A DNA stretch of 63,999 nucleotides, filler included, from Diploschistes diacapsis (Eukaryota): NCBI GenBank assembly GCA_023645945.1. It is 5 parts of 5 records of this genome, joined end to end, with 100 filler letters (N's around TTAATTAATTAA, not from the genome) between each part and the next. Parts side by side here need not be neighbours in the genome. Positions count along the whole stretch, not along the records: positions 1 to 13,102 come from JALAIB010000689.1; 4 more parts are not named here. One strand, 5' to 3'. The notes under the pieces were generated by a model. That model saw only the letters and a program-made list of their open reading frames with translations. It was not told where the DNA came from and did not search any database. The translations under genes were made by a program, and so were the position numbers. Positions within the stretch are counted from its first letter, which is position 1, and the number at the start of each line of letters is the position of its first letter. This document shows, one piece after another, positions 1-13,202 of the stretch.

Positions 1-2
1 CC

Positions 3-485
3 TTATCGCCCCCGCACCCCCGTCCCTCGACACCCGACCGCCTTACACGATCTGCTTCCCCTTCCGCGTCCATCCGTCGCCGCCTCAACGGCCGCCGTCG
101 CGCCCACTCCCCCCTCCCTTCGCCAACGAACCTTTATGTCCCTCCCGCGACGCGGCTGGCTGGCGGCCACCTGACCTCCGTAATCCTACAAAAGACCTGC
201 AGCGTCCTCCTTGGCCCGCCCGTGCAGCTCGTTGCGCTCATGCTCAACATCGCCGCCAAGATCGCGGCGGGCTCCCTGACGGCCAGGACGTACACGTACA
301 ACGAGAGCGGGCAGGCCATTCCTTGTTCGTGGGGGGAGGACGAGGATGGGGAGGAGCAAGAGAGCGAGGACGAGGACGATTATGGCATTTCGTTGGGCGG
401 CACGCCAGAGGCTAGGAGAAGAAGGAGGGGCGATAGGGTCGAGCGGGAGAAAGAGATTGAGGGGGCGAGGTGGGATATTGATTAG
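3..485 (+). CDS. 3' end of a probable Inp1 (inheritance of peroxisomes)-like protein; 5' part lies outside the window
   Basis: Frame is open from base 3 to TAG 483-485: ...RRAHSPLPSPTNLY...HLTSVILQKTCSVLLGPPVQLVALMLNIAAKIAAG...GQAIPCSW followed by an acidic tail. This resembles the C-terminus of Pezizomycotina Inp1-domain proteins as I recall them; not searched. Confidence 0.55.
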   Translation, partial: LSPPHPRPSTPDRLTRSASPSASIRRRLNGRRRAHSPLPSPTNLYVPPATRLAGGHLTSVILQKTCSVLLGPPVQLVALMLNIAAKIAAGSLTARTYTYNESGQAIPCSWGEDEDGEEQESEDEDDYGISLGGTPEARRRRRGDRVEREKEIEGARWDID

Positions 486-753
486 GAAGGGGTGAGACGG
501 GATTGGGTTTGCTTCCTTGTGCAAGTACACGCACAGGCTGTGTGGGATGACTTCTGCGGTTGCAGGCGCCTTCTTTCGTGGGTTCTGGGATATGGGTACA
601 GTAGCAGGTTTTAAAGACAGATGGACTGGGTATTGCCGTCTTCTTAATCTTAGGAGTTGGGCAGGACCGGAGAACGGGTTTACGGGGCATTCGACACACG
701 AATACGCTATGCTTCCAATTCCAACTTGAACCAAGAAGGTTCACGCTCTGTGC

Positions 754-2760
754 CTATATTGCAAAGCCTGCTCTAGTAATCTTCCTAGCTCGTTGATCGC
801 GCCGGTTGTGGTTCGTTCTCGAGCCTTTATTGGCATCCTTCCTCTGCCGCGCAAACTGGGTACCCCTTTCTCCAGCAACGCCAGCGACGTTACCCCCCCT
901 GCCTCCACCCCTTCCTAGACCTCTCGCCCGTCCGCTTGCCCTCGCGCTGTTCCTGCTATAATGGTCTGCGCCGCTAGCTTCGCCTTCACTCTCGTTTCCG
1001 GAAGCTGCTCTCCATGCTGTGGGAGCAAGCTGTGTCTGTTGGCCCTTGAAGGTTGAATATTTCGCATCCAATTTGGCCCGACGCCTTGGATCCCGTCCCA
1101 GCATCAATGCCCAGCCTTCAATGGCCTCGTCCGTCAAGCCCGTGTCATTTCTTAACGCCGTCCTTGCTTTCCCTCTCCTTGTGTTGGCGTCTCTTGCAAA
1201 AGCTTCAGGTGAGGATTTCCATACCGCATAGAGTGCCTCTTCGTTACTGTTGGCCTCTGCTTCGGCATCCATTGTAGTATCCACAGTGCCACCGACATCA
1301 TCGACATCGTAAGTATCATCGCGCTCGTCTGAGTCCGAATCAAATGCGGCGAGCGCTGATAATATCGCGGCTTTATTCTGTGAGCTTGACGGTTCTAGCC
1401 TAGTTTCTCTGTGACCGATATGGAGGTCCGAAGCTGCTACTTCGAGTGTGTCAAGGTCATCACCATCGAAGACGTTCCTGCGTTCAGGCAAATTAGGCGA
1501 AGGCACATGTATAGCGGCATCACGCGGTGCTAGTGACGGTGCCAGGTCGGCAGATTCCGATCGAAGCCCCGATAAATTTCTATAAGGTGTTAGTCGCGTA
1601 GGATAAGTGAATGTTGAGAACAGGTGATATTACGTCTCTTCAGACCTCAAAGCCTCTTCCGACACAGGGTTTTCGAGAAGATGCGCAACCACCTTTTCCA
1701 TATCGTCGTTGAACTCATCGAGAAACTTGATAACTATGGAGGCATCGAGGGCTGGAAATAGATCCTGAACTTCAGTGACCAGACTCATCTTATGGGCATG
1801 GACCTCATCAGATTCAACTGTCCTTTCTTTGCCTCTGCCAATTCTCCGACGAGGCGGCCTTTCCGTCACCGAGCCACTAGCTGTTTTGATTGATTCCAGC
1901 GAGCGCAGTAATGACCCACCCCTGCCGGTACCTGAGACAATAGCGTGGCTCTGGAGTTTATGCAGAATAGGTGTGTTTGATAGGAGACTGGGTAGTAAAG
2001 ACACTTCTTGCTTGTGGGTCGTCCTGCGACCAGTTGCGCTCAGACTATACAAATGGTCTAGAAGGAGAGAGACGCTGACGCTCTCGTCATGCAGCAGGCT
2101 AGAGAATGCGTAGTACATAATAGTTATCACCCTTGAGCGCACATCTTCAGAGCCTTTCTCCCATGCTGTAACAAGAGCATCGAGGAAATCGGACCCTTGC
2201 ATTAGGAATAGTCCATAGCTGGGTGAGGCCTTCAAAAAAGCCACCAGCCGGCGTAAACTAGCCTTAAGATCTGAGGAGGGTATACCACCAGTGTTTGTAA
2301 GAGAATGCGTCAAGCTCGATTTATTTTTGAGCATGATCGGTGAAGATTCTAACGATTGGTCTGACCATAGCTTCTCAACCACAGTATTGAGGGCAGCGCT
2401 TCCATTATAGACTGTGCAGAAATCTCCCAGGAAGGACAGGTCGCAAAATTGTGGATCGACTGCTTTGTCTTCGGCAAAAATCCGTTTCACAAGCAGGAAA
2501 GACAGCCGCCGAAGCTTTATCTCTGATGCGTTGGATCTCATGAAGGTGTTATCCTGAGCTGATTCCATGAATACAGATGCTAAGAAGTGAAACAGCTGGT
2601 TTCTGTCGCCTTGAGCCTTGGAAAGGAAGATCGCTGGGGAAAGAGAGAGATACGCTTCGGCTAACGATGTCCATGAATCCAGAAAGGTTCCCCATTCCGA
2701 GGGCATGATCTGATCACGGACTTTTGCTGGCGGGAGCGGAACAAATGCTGGCAAAGACAT
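754..2760 (-). CDS. CUE3: CUE-domain protein, ASCC2/Cue3 (ribosome quality-control trigger subunit) homolog; 2 exons (2760-1634, 1579-754), 650 aa
   Basis: Intron 1633-1580 (GTAATA...CTAAC...TAG) joins the two ORFs in frame. CUE motif VQDLFPALD...FLDEFNDDMEKVVAHLLE, then RRNVFDGDDLD, DERDDTYD and a basic C-terminus RTNHNRRDQRARK. Confidence 0.85.
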
Positions 2761-3506
2761 CGGAACTCGGACAATCTCAGAATTTCAAGAGAGACGAACT
2801 AAGTACACCCAGTAAAAGTATAGAACTGCTTACAGAGGTTTGATCTTAGAAGGCTGTGCTAGGACACGGCAATCACCTTCTTTTTTTTTGTTTTTTTTTG
2901 ACTATTACATAGCAAAACATGGCGACTCACCACCTATGTGCCCGAATATAAACAGAGATCACGTGAGTCTGATGCTCAGTGCAGTTCAAAATTAATCTCT
3001 AAGAGTACTGAAGTGTACTTAGTACAGCTGCGATTCGGGAAGGTTAAAAAAGAATTTATCTATAATTCACCAGCGGGAAAGAGTAGGATAGTGTCAAGCT
3101 ACGAGGAAATGCTTATATTATGCTAATTTTAGATATTGCTTGAGGTTATATCGCTGCACTGCTCTGTACAATGTTACTCCTAAGCAGAGGAACCACTAGT
3201 AGTACCCCTGCATATCCACGAGTTTAGAGTTGTTCGTCTTTCATCCAAAGCGAGCCAGTCCTCAATGACAAACTACAATGCAGGCGAATCATGAAAAAAG
3301 GTCACTTATCCGGCACGTAGGATTTTAGTAATCAACGAGAACGGAAACTCTTGAAAGACGGGTGAGCAAGCCGCCCGAGAAGCTCCTTAAACCATTGGAC
3401 TAGAAAAGATGCACTGAACCGTAGCGCTTGGTATTATCCATCATGAAATCTCTGGAAAGAATCTGTCGGGAATTTTGTCGCTCATAATGAAAACATGAAG
3501 ATGCTT

Positions 3507-5044
3507 TCAGAAGTTCCAGCTGCACCATTCCTTCTTCGGTGGTAGCTCAGGCATCAGGCCGGTCCGAAACATTCCATGCTGTTGCAGATATCTGTAGTCT
3601 TCCTCGAGACTATTCGTGTACATACTCTTAGGCAGCTCCTCGTCCTTGTCTAACTTCGGTTGTTCTGGAAACCATATCCTCTCCCACTTGCCATCAGGAC
3701 GCCTGAAGTAGGGTCGATTATCAACGTATGATACGCTATTACCTTTCCAATACGTCAAGCGGCCTTGGGCATCCCTCTGCGCATTCGTCGAACTCCCTAA
3801 CAATGCCTCGTTGATAGTGGGTGAAGCTTGAAAGCCGGGAGACGCCGTAAAGCTATGTTTGGGCGGTTGCGTTGAGGGTGTTAAGGTTCCAGTGCTTCCG
3901 AACGGATTGGCCGTTGTAACCGTGTTTCTCCCAAATAAGGAGGCTTTTGTGGATACGCTTGGCCCCACAGAAGAGATTTCCATAGAGGCGCCAGCCCCAA
4001 GGTTATTCACTATAGGACCAGACAGCTGGGAGTTTGGTGGCGATGCAAAGGGATTCCTCTGCTGACCAAAGGCCGGGCTAGGACTGGAGCTTAGCTGTGA
4101 CGGTTTACCGAAGGTCGATTGTGCGTCAAAATTTTTGGCAAAGGGATTGCTAGGTTTGTCCAGAGTAGAAGCTTGACCAGAGGCCGAAGGCTGTGCATTT
4201 TGCAGAGTTTGACCGAACAGCGAGCCTCGACTTGCGTTCATGGGCTGCCTCTGGCCATGGTCAGGCGTGTTTTTCTCTAGGAGACCTAGTTGCGTAGTTC
4301 CTCTGCATACATCGATACGATTCGGATGAGTATTTCCTCCATCTACTATGTACTTCACAGCCCCGTCTAGATCGCTAAGGGCAGTCCGGATTTGCTGACC
4401 CGCACTATAGTAAAATTCTTTGGCTTCTCGGATTGCCTGCTGCTCCTGGCCATTGGCGGTAAGCTCGTAATGGCGCAGTCGTAGCTCTTCAAAACTTTGC
4501 TCCCGTAGCAAACCGCCAAACAACTGTCTAGGCGTATCGGCAGTAGGCGAATAGCTCGATAGAATCCATCTAGGCAGATCATCTGTCAGATCCGTCCGAA
4601 TTCTCTCCTTATCTAGCCTGTAGGGCCTGATCCAATGAGCACAAAGTTTTGTTAAACAATCCTAACTTACAATGCATGTGAGTCTGGTGTTGGGTCTGCA
4701 TCTTATCAGATCGTGAATCATCGAAAATCATGAGGATGGTACTCAGCTTGCTTGACCAGCAAGCGTATAGAATATACATATGGCGATGCCTTTGTCCATG
4801 ATTATGCAGAAGAGCTAAATCTTACCGTTTCTGCCCCCCTGACGACGGTGGTTCGAAAGAGCATCAAACCGATTTTGGCCTCTATGTGTGTTTTGGTTTG
4901 CACGTTGGCCATCTATAATTCGAGGATGGTCAAAACGACAGTTATCTATGAGTGAAAGGGTTAAAATGTAGCGGTTCTGGCCAAGAATGCGTACTAACTT
5001 CCGTGCTTGCAATTTCCAAATTGCCAGAACCTACATACAGGCAT
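3507..5044 (-). CDS. AMO1: CCCH zinc-finger FG-repeat nucleoporin (AMO1/NUP42/hCG1-like), multi-exon
   Basis: ATG 5044 gives MPVCRFWQFGNCKHG; intron 4998-4946 then NNCRFDHP completes a C-x7-C-x5-C-x3-H finger. Downstream WILSSYSP...LFGG..REQSFEELRL, SLFGQ/STFGKP/PAFGQ/NPF repeats and C-terminal MPELPPKKEWC. Short internal exons near 4620-4825 were not fully resolved. Confidence 0.8.
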
Positions 5045-5845
5045 TGAGCCTTGATGTTGACTTCAGCCAGTTCTGGAAAATGCTGTTGTCATGAACAGAT
5101 CACCCAGTCAAGAGGCACCAATCTTCTTTTCCCGAGAAAATGACCATTACACTCTAACTGAGTAGTGAGATGCCAGCAGGCATGGAGACAAAGAGGAAAA
5201 GTCAAGCTAGGCTTTATTGATGCTGCTTGTCTTTTCACGTAGTCATGAAAACTCGTTTGAAACAGTAGAGCAACATGTTATCTCTCGAATTCAGAGGCAC
5301 TCAAAATGGTAGACTATCAAGATTATCTTTCCAATACCTCGATCAGTCAAACTGTGTAAAACGCAGTCATCACTGTTATCTCCGCTAAAGCCAGAGAGCG
5401 AAGAAGGCTGTTGTAGGGCTGAGCCTTGCAGGGCCAAACCGACGACACACCGGGACTCTAAAAGATCATCTTTCTCTCTCCAACGGTATCAAGAGCTTTA
5501 TGCCTTCATGATTCGATCTGGAGTTACACTGTTTCCCACCTCTCCAGTCCTCTAAGTGAATACTACCTGGTTATTCACCGCTTGTCGTTCCATGTAGACC
5601 ATGCAAGTGGACTATAACCTTCCTTACAATTCGACTCACACGCTATTTATCGCTCTAATCCTGCTCTTTGAACCTCCCCTCTCGTAAGGCAACTACAGAG
5701 AAGTAAACGCTTTGAGCTACAATTCTCAGTCAAGCTTTATCCACACAACAGGTTGCGACTCCGTCCAAGGTAACGAACATTCTCAGGCCTGCGAGCACAT
5801 TCTTCCCTTAGCTTCTCTGAAAATCGCAATTGGGCTTTACCTGCT

Positions 5846-7533
5846 ATGGCATCTGCGTTAGCGGAAAAATTGACCAGCACTAAGTTAAGGTGAAGTTTGC
5901 TCACCGTACTATAGTTCTCCTTGTTGCTTACCAGTACCAGTGATGGAGCGACCAGTGACTGGAAAACGAACCTTAAAGCGCCCCCGAAGGATGCCCGCCC
6001 TCAGACTGAGGTATTCTTGTCCTTGCGATATTTCTTAGTTATTGAGCTTACCAAATATAGGATGTTACGGCAACGAAAGGGTTGGAATTCGAAGATTTCA
6101 TAATTTCCCGGGAATTGATGATGGGAATTTATGAAGCTGGATTCGAAAAGCCATCACCTATTCAAGAGGAGACTATACCAGTGGCCTTGACTGGTCGGGA
6201 CATACTTGCGCGCGCGAAGAACGGAACTGGAAAAACCGCAGCTTTCATTATCCCAACACTTGAGCGCATCAGTTCGAAAAGCAATAAGATCCAAGCTCTC
6301 ATCCTAGTTCCAACCCGCGAGCTGGCACTACAGACGTCCCAGGTGTGTAAGACACTCGGTAAGCACCTCGGCATCAATGTCATGGTGACGACCGGAGGAA
6401 CCGGACTCAAGGACGATATAATTCGGCTTAATGACACTGTACATATCATTGTCGGCACACCCGGCAGAATCTTGGACCTTGCAAGCAAAGGAGTGGCAGA
6501 TCTCTCTGAATGTCCAACTTTTGTCATGGACGAAGCAGATAAGCTTTTGTCCCCAGAATTTACCCCTGTTATTGAGCAAGTTCTCAGTTTCCATCCAAGG
6601 GACCGCCAGGTAATGCTGTTTTCAGCAACATTCCCTCTCATTGTCAAATCCTTCAAGGTAGTCGGCAACACCTTCACACTCTGTGAATAAACTAATCGCA
6701 ATCTCCAGGATAAACATATGAAATCTCCGTATGAAATCAACCTTATGGACGAGCTCACTTTGCGCGGTATCACTCAATATTACGCTTTTGTGGAAGAAAA
6801 GGAGAAAGTTCACTGCCTGAATACCCTGTTTTCGAAGCTTCAGATCAACCAATCCATAATCTTTTGCAACTCAACAAACCGCGTAGAGTTGCTGGCGAAG
6901 AAAATTACCGAATTAGGCTATTCTTGCTTCTATTCCCATGCAAGAATGCTGCAAAACCACAGAAATCGCGTATTTCATGACTTTCGAAACGGAGTGTGTC
7001 GCAACCTGGTTTGCTCTGACCTACTAACCCGAGGCATCGACATTCAAGCGGTCAATGTGGTAATCAACTTTGACTTTCCCAAGAACGCAGAGACCTATCT
7101 GCACCGCATCGGTCGCTCTGGCAGATTCGGTCACCTCGGTCTTGCCATCAATTTAATCAATTGGGATGACCGCTTCAATCTATACAAGATCGAACAGGAA
7201 TTGGGGACTGAAATCCAACCCATACCTCAAGCCATCGATAAAAATCTCTACGTATATGATTCGCCAGAAACGATTCCCAGACCTGTTTCAAACACTGTTA
7301 TTCCCCAGGCTTCGTCTTCTGCGAAGGCCCAGGCCCCGCTAGGTTCGGCTCGAGGAGGCCGTAGCTCTCAGATTACCGGTGGTTTCAGAGGTCATGCAGG
7401 TCGAGGTCAAGCCAATGGGCGCCGCCAGAACAGACAGTACGCCCCTAACCCTGGACGCGGACGAGGTCAATATGGGAACCATCGAGGTGGACACACAAAC
7501 ACTCCACCCCAGCAACAAAGTCAGGTCTCGTAG
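5846..7533 (+). CDS. DHH1: DEAD-box RNA helicase Dhh1/DDX6; exons 5846-5889, 5941-6010, 6061-6657, 6709-7533
   Basis: [51 protein letters not shown]-terminal [11 protein letters not shown] and an RG-rich tail. Three GT-AG introns restore the frame. Confidence 0.97.
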
Positions 7534-8516
7534 CCTTCTTTGAAGTGTATCTCATCTCCTGCATTATCTAGGCTTGCATGGCGTTCCGGGTTGCAAAAGG
7601 GCGGCTCTTGCCTGAGTCACTTTGCATATTTTTATTTGCTCATGATACCAGTCACGCACATTCCACATGTTGCATGGGTTCATGCTCTTTTGCGCAATAG
7701 GGTTTTCATACGCAATGATGAATGCCGCATGCCATATTGTACGATATGGAGTTGATGGCTGTTTCTCTGGGAAGGTTACGGAGTGATGTTCTATGGGTCA
7801 ATTATTACCTTGAACTCCACCGCCCACACGTTCAAGCCTTCTTCGAACCCCTCAAGGATGTTTTGTCCCTTGGGCTTCTAATATCTGATCCGAAGGCGCT
7901 GTTTATCCGACTTCTCAGCATCTAAGCACAGGTATCTACTGGTTTTTGATTGCTTCCTTTAACCCTTCTCAAGCTCCAACGAGGATCAACTCTAACATCA
8001 TTATTGCACGTCTTTGATGGGCTTATTGTGCGTCATGGCTACTAGGATCTTCAATCTCTACGACTCCAAAGGAACGCCTCACCTGACCCTTATCATGTGG
8101 TACCAATCTACAAAAATCAACCCTCGCTCTCTGGCCCAGCATCACTGATACAATTTAATGCCTTCAATCCTCCGTACTATTCTCTATTATTGCGATACCT
8201 GCAGCGATTATTGAGTTTTACATACTTGCTAGCGTGTGAAGTCAGCCGGCTTGAAAGTTGAGGATGCTAATTGGAAAACCAAGCAAAATAAAACTAAAAA
8301 AACAAGTAGGGGAGATCTAGTCTTGTTCCCTCTCCTAGAAAGCTTATGAGCATACTGGGCTAGATTAATTGAACCGTTACCCCCGATATTTATGCATTCC
8401 CCCTGTTCACTAGCACTGAAAATTGACGTTATAAGTGGGTATACGAAATCATTGACCGCTTAGACCTTGCAACAAACAACCTCTCGTATTGTACACAGTA
8501 GCCATCTTCAGTTCAA

Positions 8517-11500
8517 CTATCGTGTTGGGAAGCTTAGTGTACCTTGATTACGTTCCGGATCCCTCATTCTACGCGCTTGTCAACATTATTCCTTTAGCAT
8601 TCAAGGAAAGAACATACTTGATAATCTTAATGTCATGGGTGGCGTCAATGCTAGCCATCGACTGCGGCGTGATGAATATGAACTGGCGTCCGATCGAGTC
8701 TCGAGCTGCTTTGATCTGTATATAGTTAGCACATGCCATAACCACATGTTTGCATACTCACCAGCAGCTTCATGCTTGCCTCGCGGTTGACACTGTCCAT
8801 AAAGACATCGCTACAGAAAGGTCAACCAAACCTCTCTCCTGAATTATAATGACGACCTACAATTCGTCCAAGCAGCGAATAGGGGCACCGATCGCCTCCC
8901 ATACAGCTAAGAGGAAACAAATCTGTGAGAAGGATTTCTCTCCACCTGAGAGGGTCTTGGTTTGACGACCCTGCCTGTCTCTCTGGGTCTCGTCCGGTTG
9001 AACCTTGGCCAGCATTAGTCTCAATAAACGGTCATGATCCAACTGTCTCACGTGGATATCGAGCAGCTTATCTCGGTGGTTGATCGTCAATTTGCCCTGA
9101 AAGCTTCGTTCGCTCAAGAAATGCGAGAATGTTATGCGTGCACGTGCTGTTATGTATTTCTTGAATAGTTCCCACCTGTGTTTGCGGTGATGGTACATCT
9201 CTTTTAAGGTCTATACCAAAATTAGCTGCAAGGTTCTCAATACGTTGCTCTTGCTGCACTAACCACAGTAAGCCTTTCCTCTTCTACCATGTGTTCCGCG
9301 CCGGTCTGATAAGCTCTCGCAGCGGCTGCATAATCATTTGAGATCTTTTCGGTGTCGCCGCCAATTCTTGCCATGAACCTGTTGCTATCGGTAACTAGCT
9401 TTTGAAGTTTCCTATCCAAAGATTCTGTTGTCTCGCCATGGTCTATCACGACCCTTTGACCAATTCTTCCAGCCTGATCTGTGAAATGTTGTACTTTTTC
9501 AGCCTGTTCTGCCAGCCGCTCCCGTTCCTCATTTCGATGGCCTTCTAGCTGTTCGACTGCCTGAATCGCTTCATTCTTCTTAACTAAAGCATCGAGCCGC
9601 TTCTCGTCGGCTTTGTCACGTGTCGTTCTAGCCTTTTCTATCCTTGTATCGACGGTAGCTAACCGCTCATCAATCTCGTTCATTTCGGTGAGCAACGCTT
9701 TCCTTTTTGCGGCGTACTCATCCTTAGCAATAACGTATTCCTGATAGGTATTCTCGAAGTATACTTTGTTATTCTGCTCGTCTATCAGGCCCTGATTGAG
9801 TGCCTCTAGTTTGCCCTCCTCGACTTTATCCTCATCTAATCTGTTTTGAAGGTCTTCTACGCTATCTTCCGCGGATTGATAAGCGACCTTCAGGTCTTTA
9901 GATCTTTTCGCATGCTGATCCAAAGCCTGAGTGAACGACTTGACTTCCTGGTGCAGCTCTCGCTGGTGCTCGTCATGGTTGGCCAATTCAGAGTGAGCCT
10001 TTTTTAAGGTCTCGGTCTCAAAACGAATCAAGTCTTGAGCGTCTGCCTGCATTCGAGGTAAACCTTGATGGATGTCCAGGTAATTTGTGGCGACACTGTT
10101 GTCAGATCCATAAGCGAATCGTTCTCCCAAACCCTGACCCCCTGACTGTAAACTGAAGCAAGCCTTGACATTGCGCAAGCGCTGACCCATCATAGTATCT
10201 CTAGCTTTGTTCATGTCTTCTATCAAGATTATCTGCTCAATCTGATGATTGATAACCAATTGACGCAGTACCAAAGGATGATCAATCTTCAAAATCCTAT
10301 GTATTGTTTGATACTGATGATCTGGCTCATGGTTAGAGAAATCGAAGTGAGATTCACTACCAATGAATATGGGAACCATGCAATGGCACGTTCGCATGAT
10401 GTTCGAAAGGCGCTGCTGATCCAATTTATTCGTAACGATAAATCCGTTCAAATTACCGCCAAAGGACTTTTCAAGAATGCCTGACCAAACTTGCTCTGTC
10501 AGGTGAACAAAATTAGCGATGGGTCCAATGGGCTTCTTACCAAAGCCGGTGTCGCGTTCCAAAGCCTTTAAGAGGTGGCCCATGTTGGCGGGATAAACCT
10601 TGCTCATGTCTCTACGTTCCCGAAGTGCCCCCAAGCGCTCCTCGGATGCCTTAATCTGAGCTGCCTTTGGGGCTCTCAAAGCCTTGTGCTCGTTAAGCCG
10701 AAGCTCGGCCTGTTCTCGGTTGTTCCGATGGTCTGACGATCTTCCGATATGCTCGTCATAGTCAGCTTTTGCTACTCGAGCAACTCTTCTGAGTTCTTCG
10801 AGCTCAGCGATTCGACGCGCATGGCTACCACCATGCAGGGCTTCAAGCCTTCGTTTCTCTTCGGCAATGTCAGCTTTGGCCTTGTCTATTTTCTGACGGC
10901 AACTTTTGAGATCCTGCTGACATTTCCTTTGGTCGTCCTAAGGACTGTCAGTTTTTTACGAGTTTCTCAAACTTGTGATCCATACCTGAATACTTTGGCC
11001 CTCCATCTTGGCATCCGCAGTTTTCTTCTTGGATACTTCCTTCTCTCTTTCTATTGGGGTTTTCTTACTCTGCCATTGCTGCACAGCTTCCTCGGCCTGA
11101 TCCTTTGTCGACTCTGCCTCTGCGTATTGGTTTCCTGCTTCTTTCGCCCGCTCCTGAGCATCGATCATTTCTATTTCGATCCTTTTTATCACGTCCTCAA
11201 TCCTGGTGAGGGTTCGTTCCTGCTCTTCAACTTGTGACCATGCCATTTGCATGCCGAGAGCGTTTATCCTTCTCCTGACATCTCTTTGACGGCCCACCAG
11301 ATCAAGCAATTCCTTTGCCTTGTCTCGCCTAGCTAGTAAAGTTGCCACTTGCGCTCTCTTTTCTTCAAATGTAGCTTCAATCTGGGCGATGCTTTCTGCG
11401 AAAAGTTCATAGTCGTTGTAGAGCTGTTCGAGCTGGACGCCTTTAATAAAGAACTTGTATTTGTCACTTGAGCTTGCCCCACTCAAAAATTGCCGTGCTT

Positions 11501-12260
11501 GATCTTGCGTAAGAACAGTGATTGGATTGTCGAGTTGCAGTGCGTAATAATCGCTGATCTCTTCGAGGTCGGCCTTCCTCGTCGAAACAATGCGATCGTT
11601 TGCGCCTTTAAGTCTGAAGTTGCTAGTTCCAGCTCTATTAAAGGTGCGTTCTACAGAGATGATGTTCCCATAGAGATCGCGCTGATAGCCAGTCTGCCCG
11701 CCGTTCCGTATCCTAACCTTCAACGTGCAAGTACTTCCTACATTAGCAGTGTGTAGTATTCTCGTAAGAGTGGCTCACTCTTCGCCTTCCTTGATGAAGG
11801 ATTTGAGGCTGCCGCCTCGATTTGTCGCAGACGCTTTGCCACCAAGGCAAATGGTAAGGGCGGTCAGAACGGCACTTTTCCCACTGCCGTTGTGTCCGAT
11901 TATGAAATTAATTAGAGGGCCAAGGTCAACATGCAGATAGGTATGGCACATGAAATTATGGCAGTCAATGGACTCAATGATCCCATTCTCCGCTTCGGTG
12001 TTTCTCTGTCCCTTTTTGGCTTGTTGCTGCTGGTAAAATTGGCTGGCATATAGTTGCTCTGTCTCTTCGTCCATGTCAGAGCCCGCAGCATCCTCCGATT
12101 CATACTTTTGCGAGTGTTTCAATCTTTTGCTCTATAATATGTTAAAAAATGACCAGGTCTGCATCGTACCCGCCGGAACTCTCACAGATACGCTGTCTGC
12201 CTCGCTCAAGCTTTGTTCTTCATCCTCTTGAAGGACCCGTTGTCGCTTTAATCCGGCCAT
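8517..12260 (-). CDS. SMC6: Structural maintenance of chromosomes protein 6 (Smc5/6 complex), multi-exon
   Basis: NFMCH, Walker [20 protein letters not shown], long coiled coils with hinge PIGPI, signature LSGGEKS, Walker [15 protein letters not shown] and C-terminal [16 protein letters not shown] 12260; introns are visible between the listed ORFs. Confidence 0.95.
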
Positions 12261-12421
12261 GACATCGAGAACATTCGACGTTTGAATTTGAGCAATCAAG
12301 CGACTACAAGTTTACGCTGATAGCCGCTGGCTCAGACGAGTTAATACGAGTAAGCGTATTTCCAATGCCTGCACGATGCAATCTGAAGCCTTAGTTGAAA
12401 GTAGACAAATTAACAGTGGAG

Positions 12422-12427
12422 ACGCGT
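12422..12427. promoter_or_regulatory. Possible MCB element (ACGCGT) about 160 bp upstream of the SMC6 ATG
   Basis: Exact ACGCGT. MCB boxes are typical of G1/S and DNA-repair genes in ascomycetes, but a single hexamer could occur by chance. Confidence 0.3.
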
Positions 12428-12807
12428 TTTTGCGCTCACGAAGACCTAGCACGTGATAATATACTTTTTAAGCCATGACAGCTCCACTGGCGTCTTTCAC
12501 AAGAACGGAAAACTAATACTAATTTGTATTCGGAATTAACTTAAAATTCGATCTAGGAATTACTAAACTCATCAATATCTTTTTAGCGAATGTTACTACC
12601 TTCAAAAAACCTTGCAAAACTTTTATAAGATCTATAAACTTGATAATGGATATAAATAAACCCAGTTTGGTCTGGAATATTAAAATAATTTTTAAAAACG
12701 AATAAACGTTTTTTCCGAAATGATTTTTAATCTTATATTTTAGCGCCGGGTTACTATCGTTTTAAACTCGCTAAAGCCTTTCAGCGACGAATATCCACGC
12801 TTACATA

Positions 12808-13102
12808 ACGTGTTTAACGGGGATTCCGGCCACGCCTAGATTCCGGCCACCTTAAATTATTACCGCTAACTAACATTTTACGGTTTTTAAATAACGTGTT
12901 TCACGGGGAGTTGGGCCACCCCCCCCCCCATCTGGGCCACTTTTGCCAAGAAATATTTTAAATCTTTAATAACTTTTCGAATTTAATCGTTATTTTTGAT
13001 TTCTTTTCGAAATATTACTATTAGCTCACTCATCTATCATACCCGAAAAATGCATATTGATTATGTTAGTATTTATTCTTTTAAAGCGAATTAAAAATAA
13101 AG
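12808..13102 (+). mobile_element. Two Fot1/pogo (Tc1-mariner superfamily)-like terminal repeats in AT-rich DNA, truncated by the contig end
   Basis: TA|ACGTGTTTAACGGGGATTCCGGCCACGCCTAGATTCCGGCCACC (12808-12851) and TA|ACGTGTTTCACGGGGAGTTGGGCCACCCCCCCCCCCATCTGGGCCAC (12894-12940). TA target, ACGT start and an internal direct repeat as in Tan1/Vader/Pot2-type TIRs. No transposase ORF is visible. Confidence 0.65.
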
Positions 13103-13202
13103 NNNNNNNNNNNNNNNNNNNNNNNNNNNNNNNNNNNNNNNNNNNNTTAATTAATTAANNNNNNNNNNNNNNNNNNNNNNNNNNNNNNNNNNNNNNNNNN
13201 NN
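13103..13202. other. Artificial contig-joining spacer
   Basis: 44 N + TTAATTAATTAA (stops in all six frames) + 44 N = 100 bp. Confidence 0.99.

Noticed and set aside
6162..6773. Long antisense ORFs over DHH1 and other genes (e.g. 57661-58377, 61504-62043)
   Set aside because: Antisense shadows expected from codon bias and high GC; no independent coding evidence.
754..12260. CUE3, AMO1 and DHH1 (plus RAI1 and MTO1 elsewhere) as an RNA-surveillance gene cluster
   Set aside because: These are ordinary single-copy housekeeping genes. RAI1 and MTO1 are on a different contig, and no shared regulatory signal is seen.
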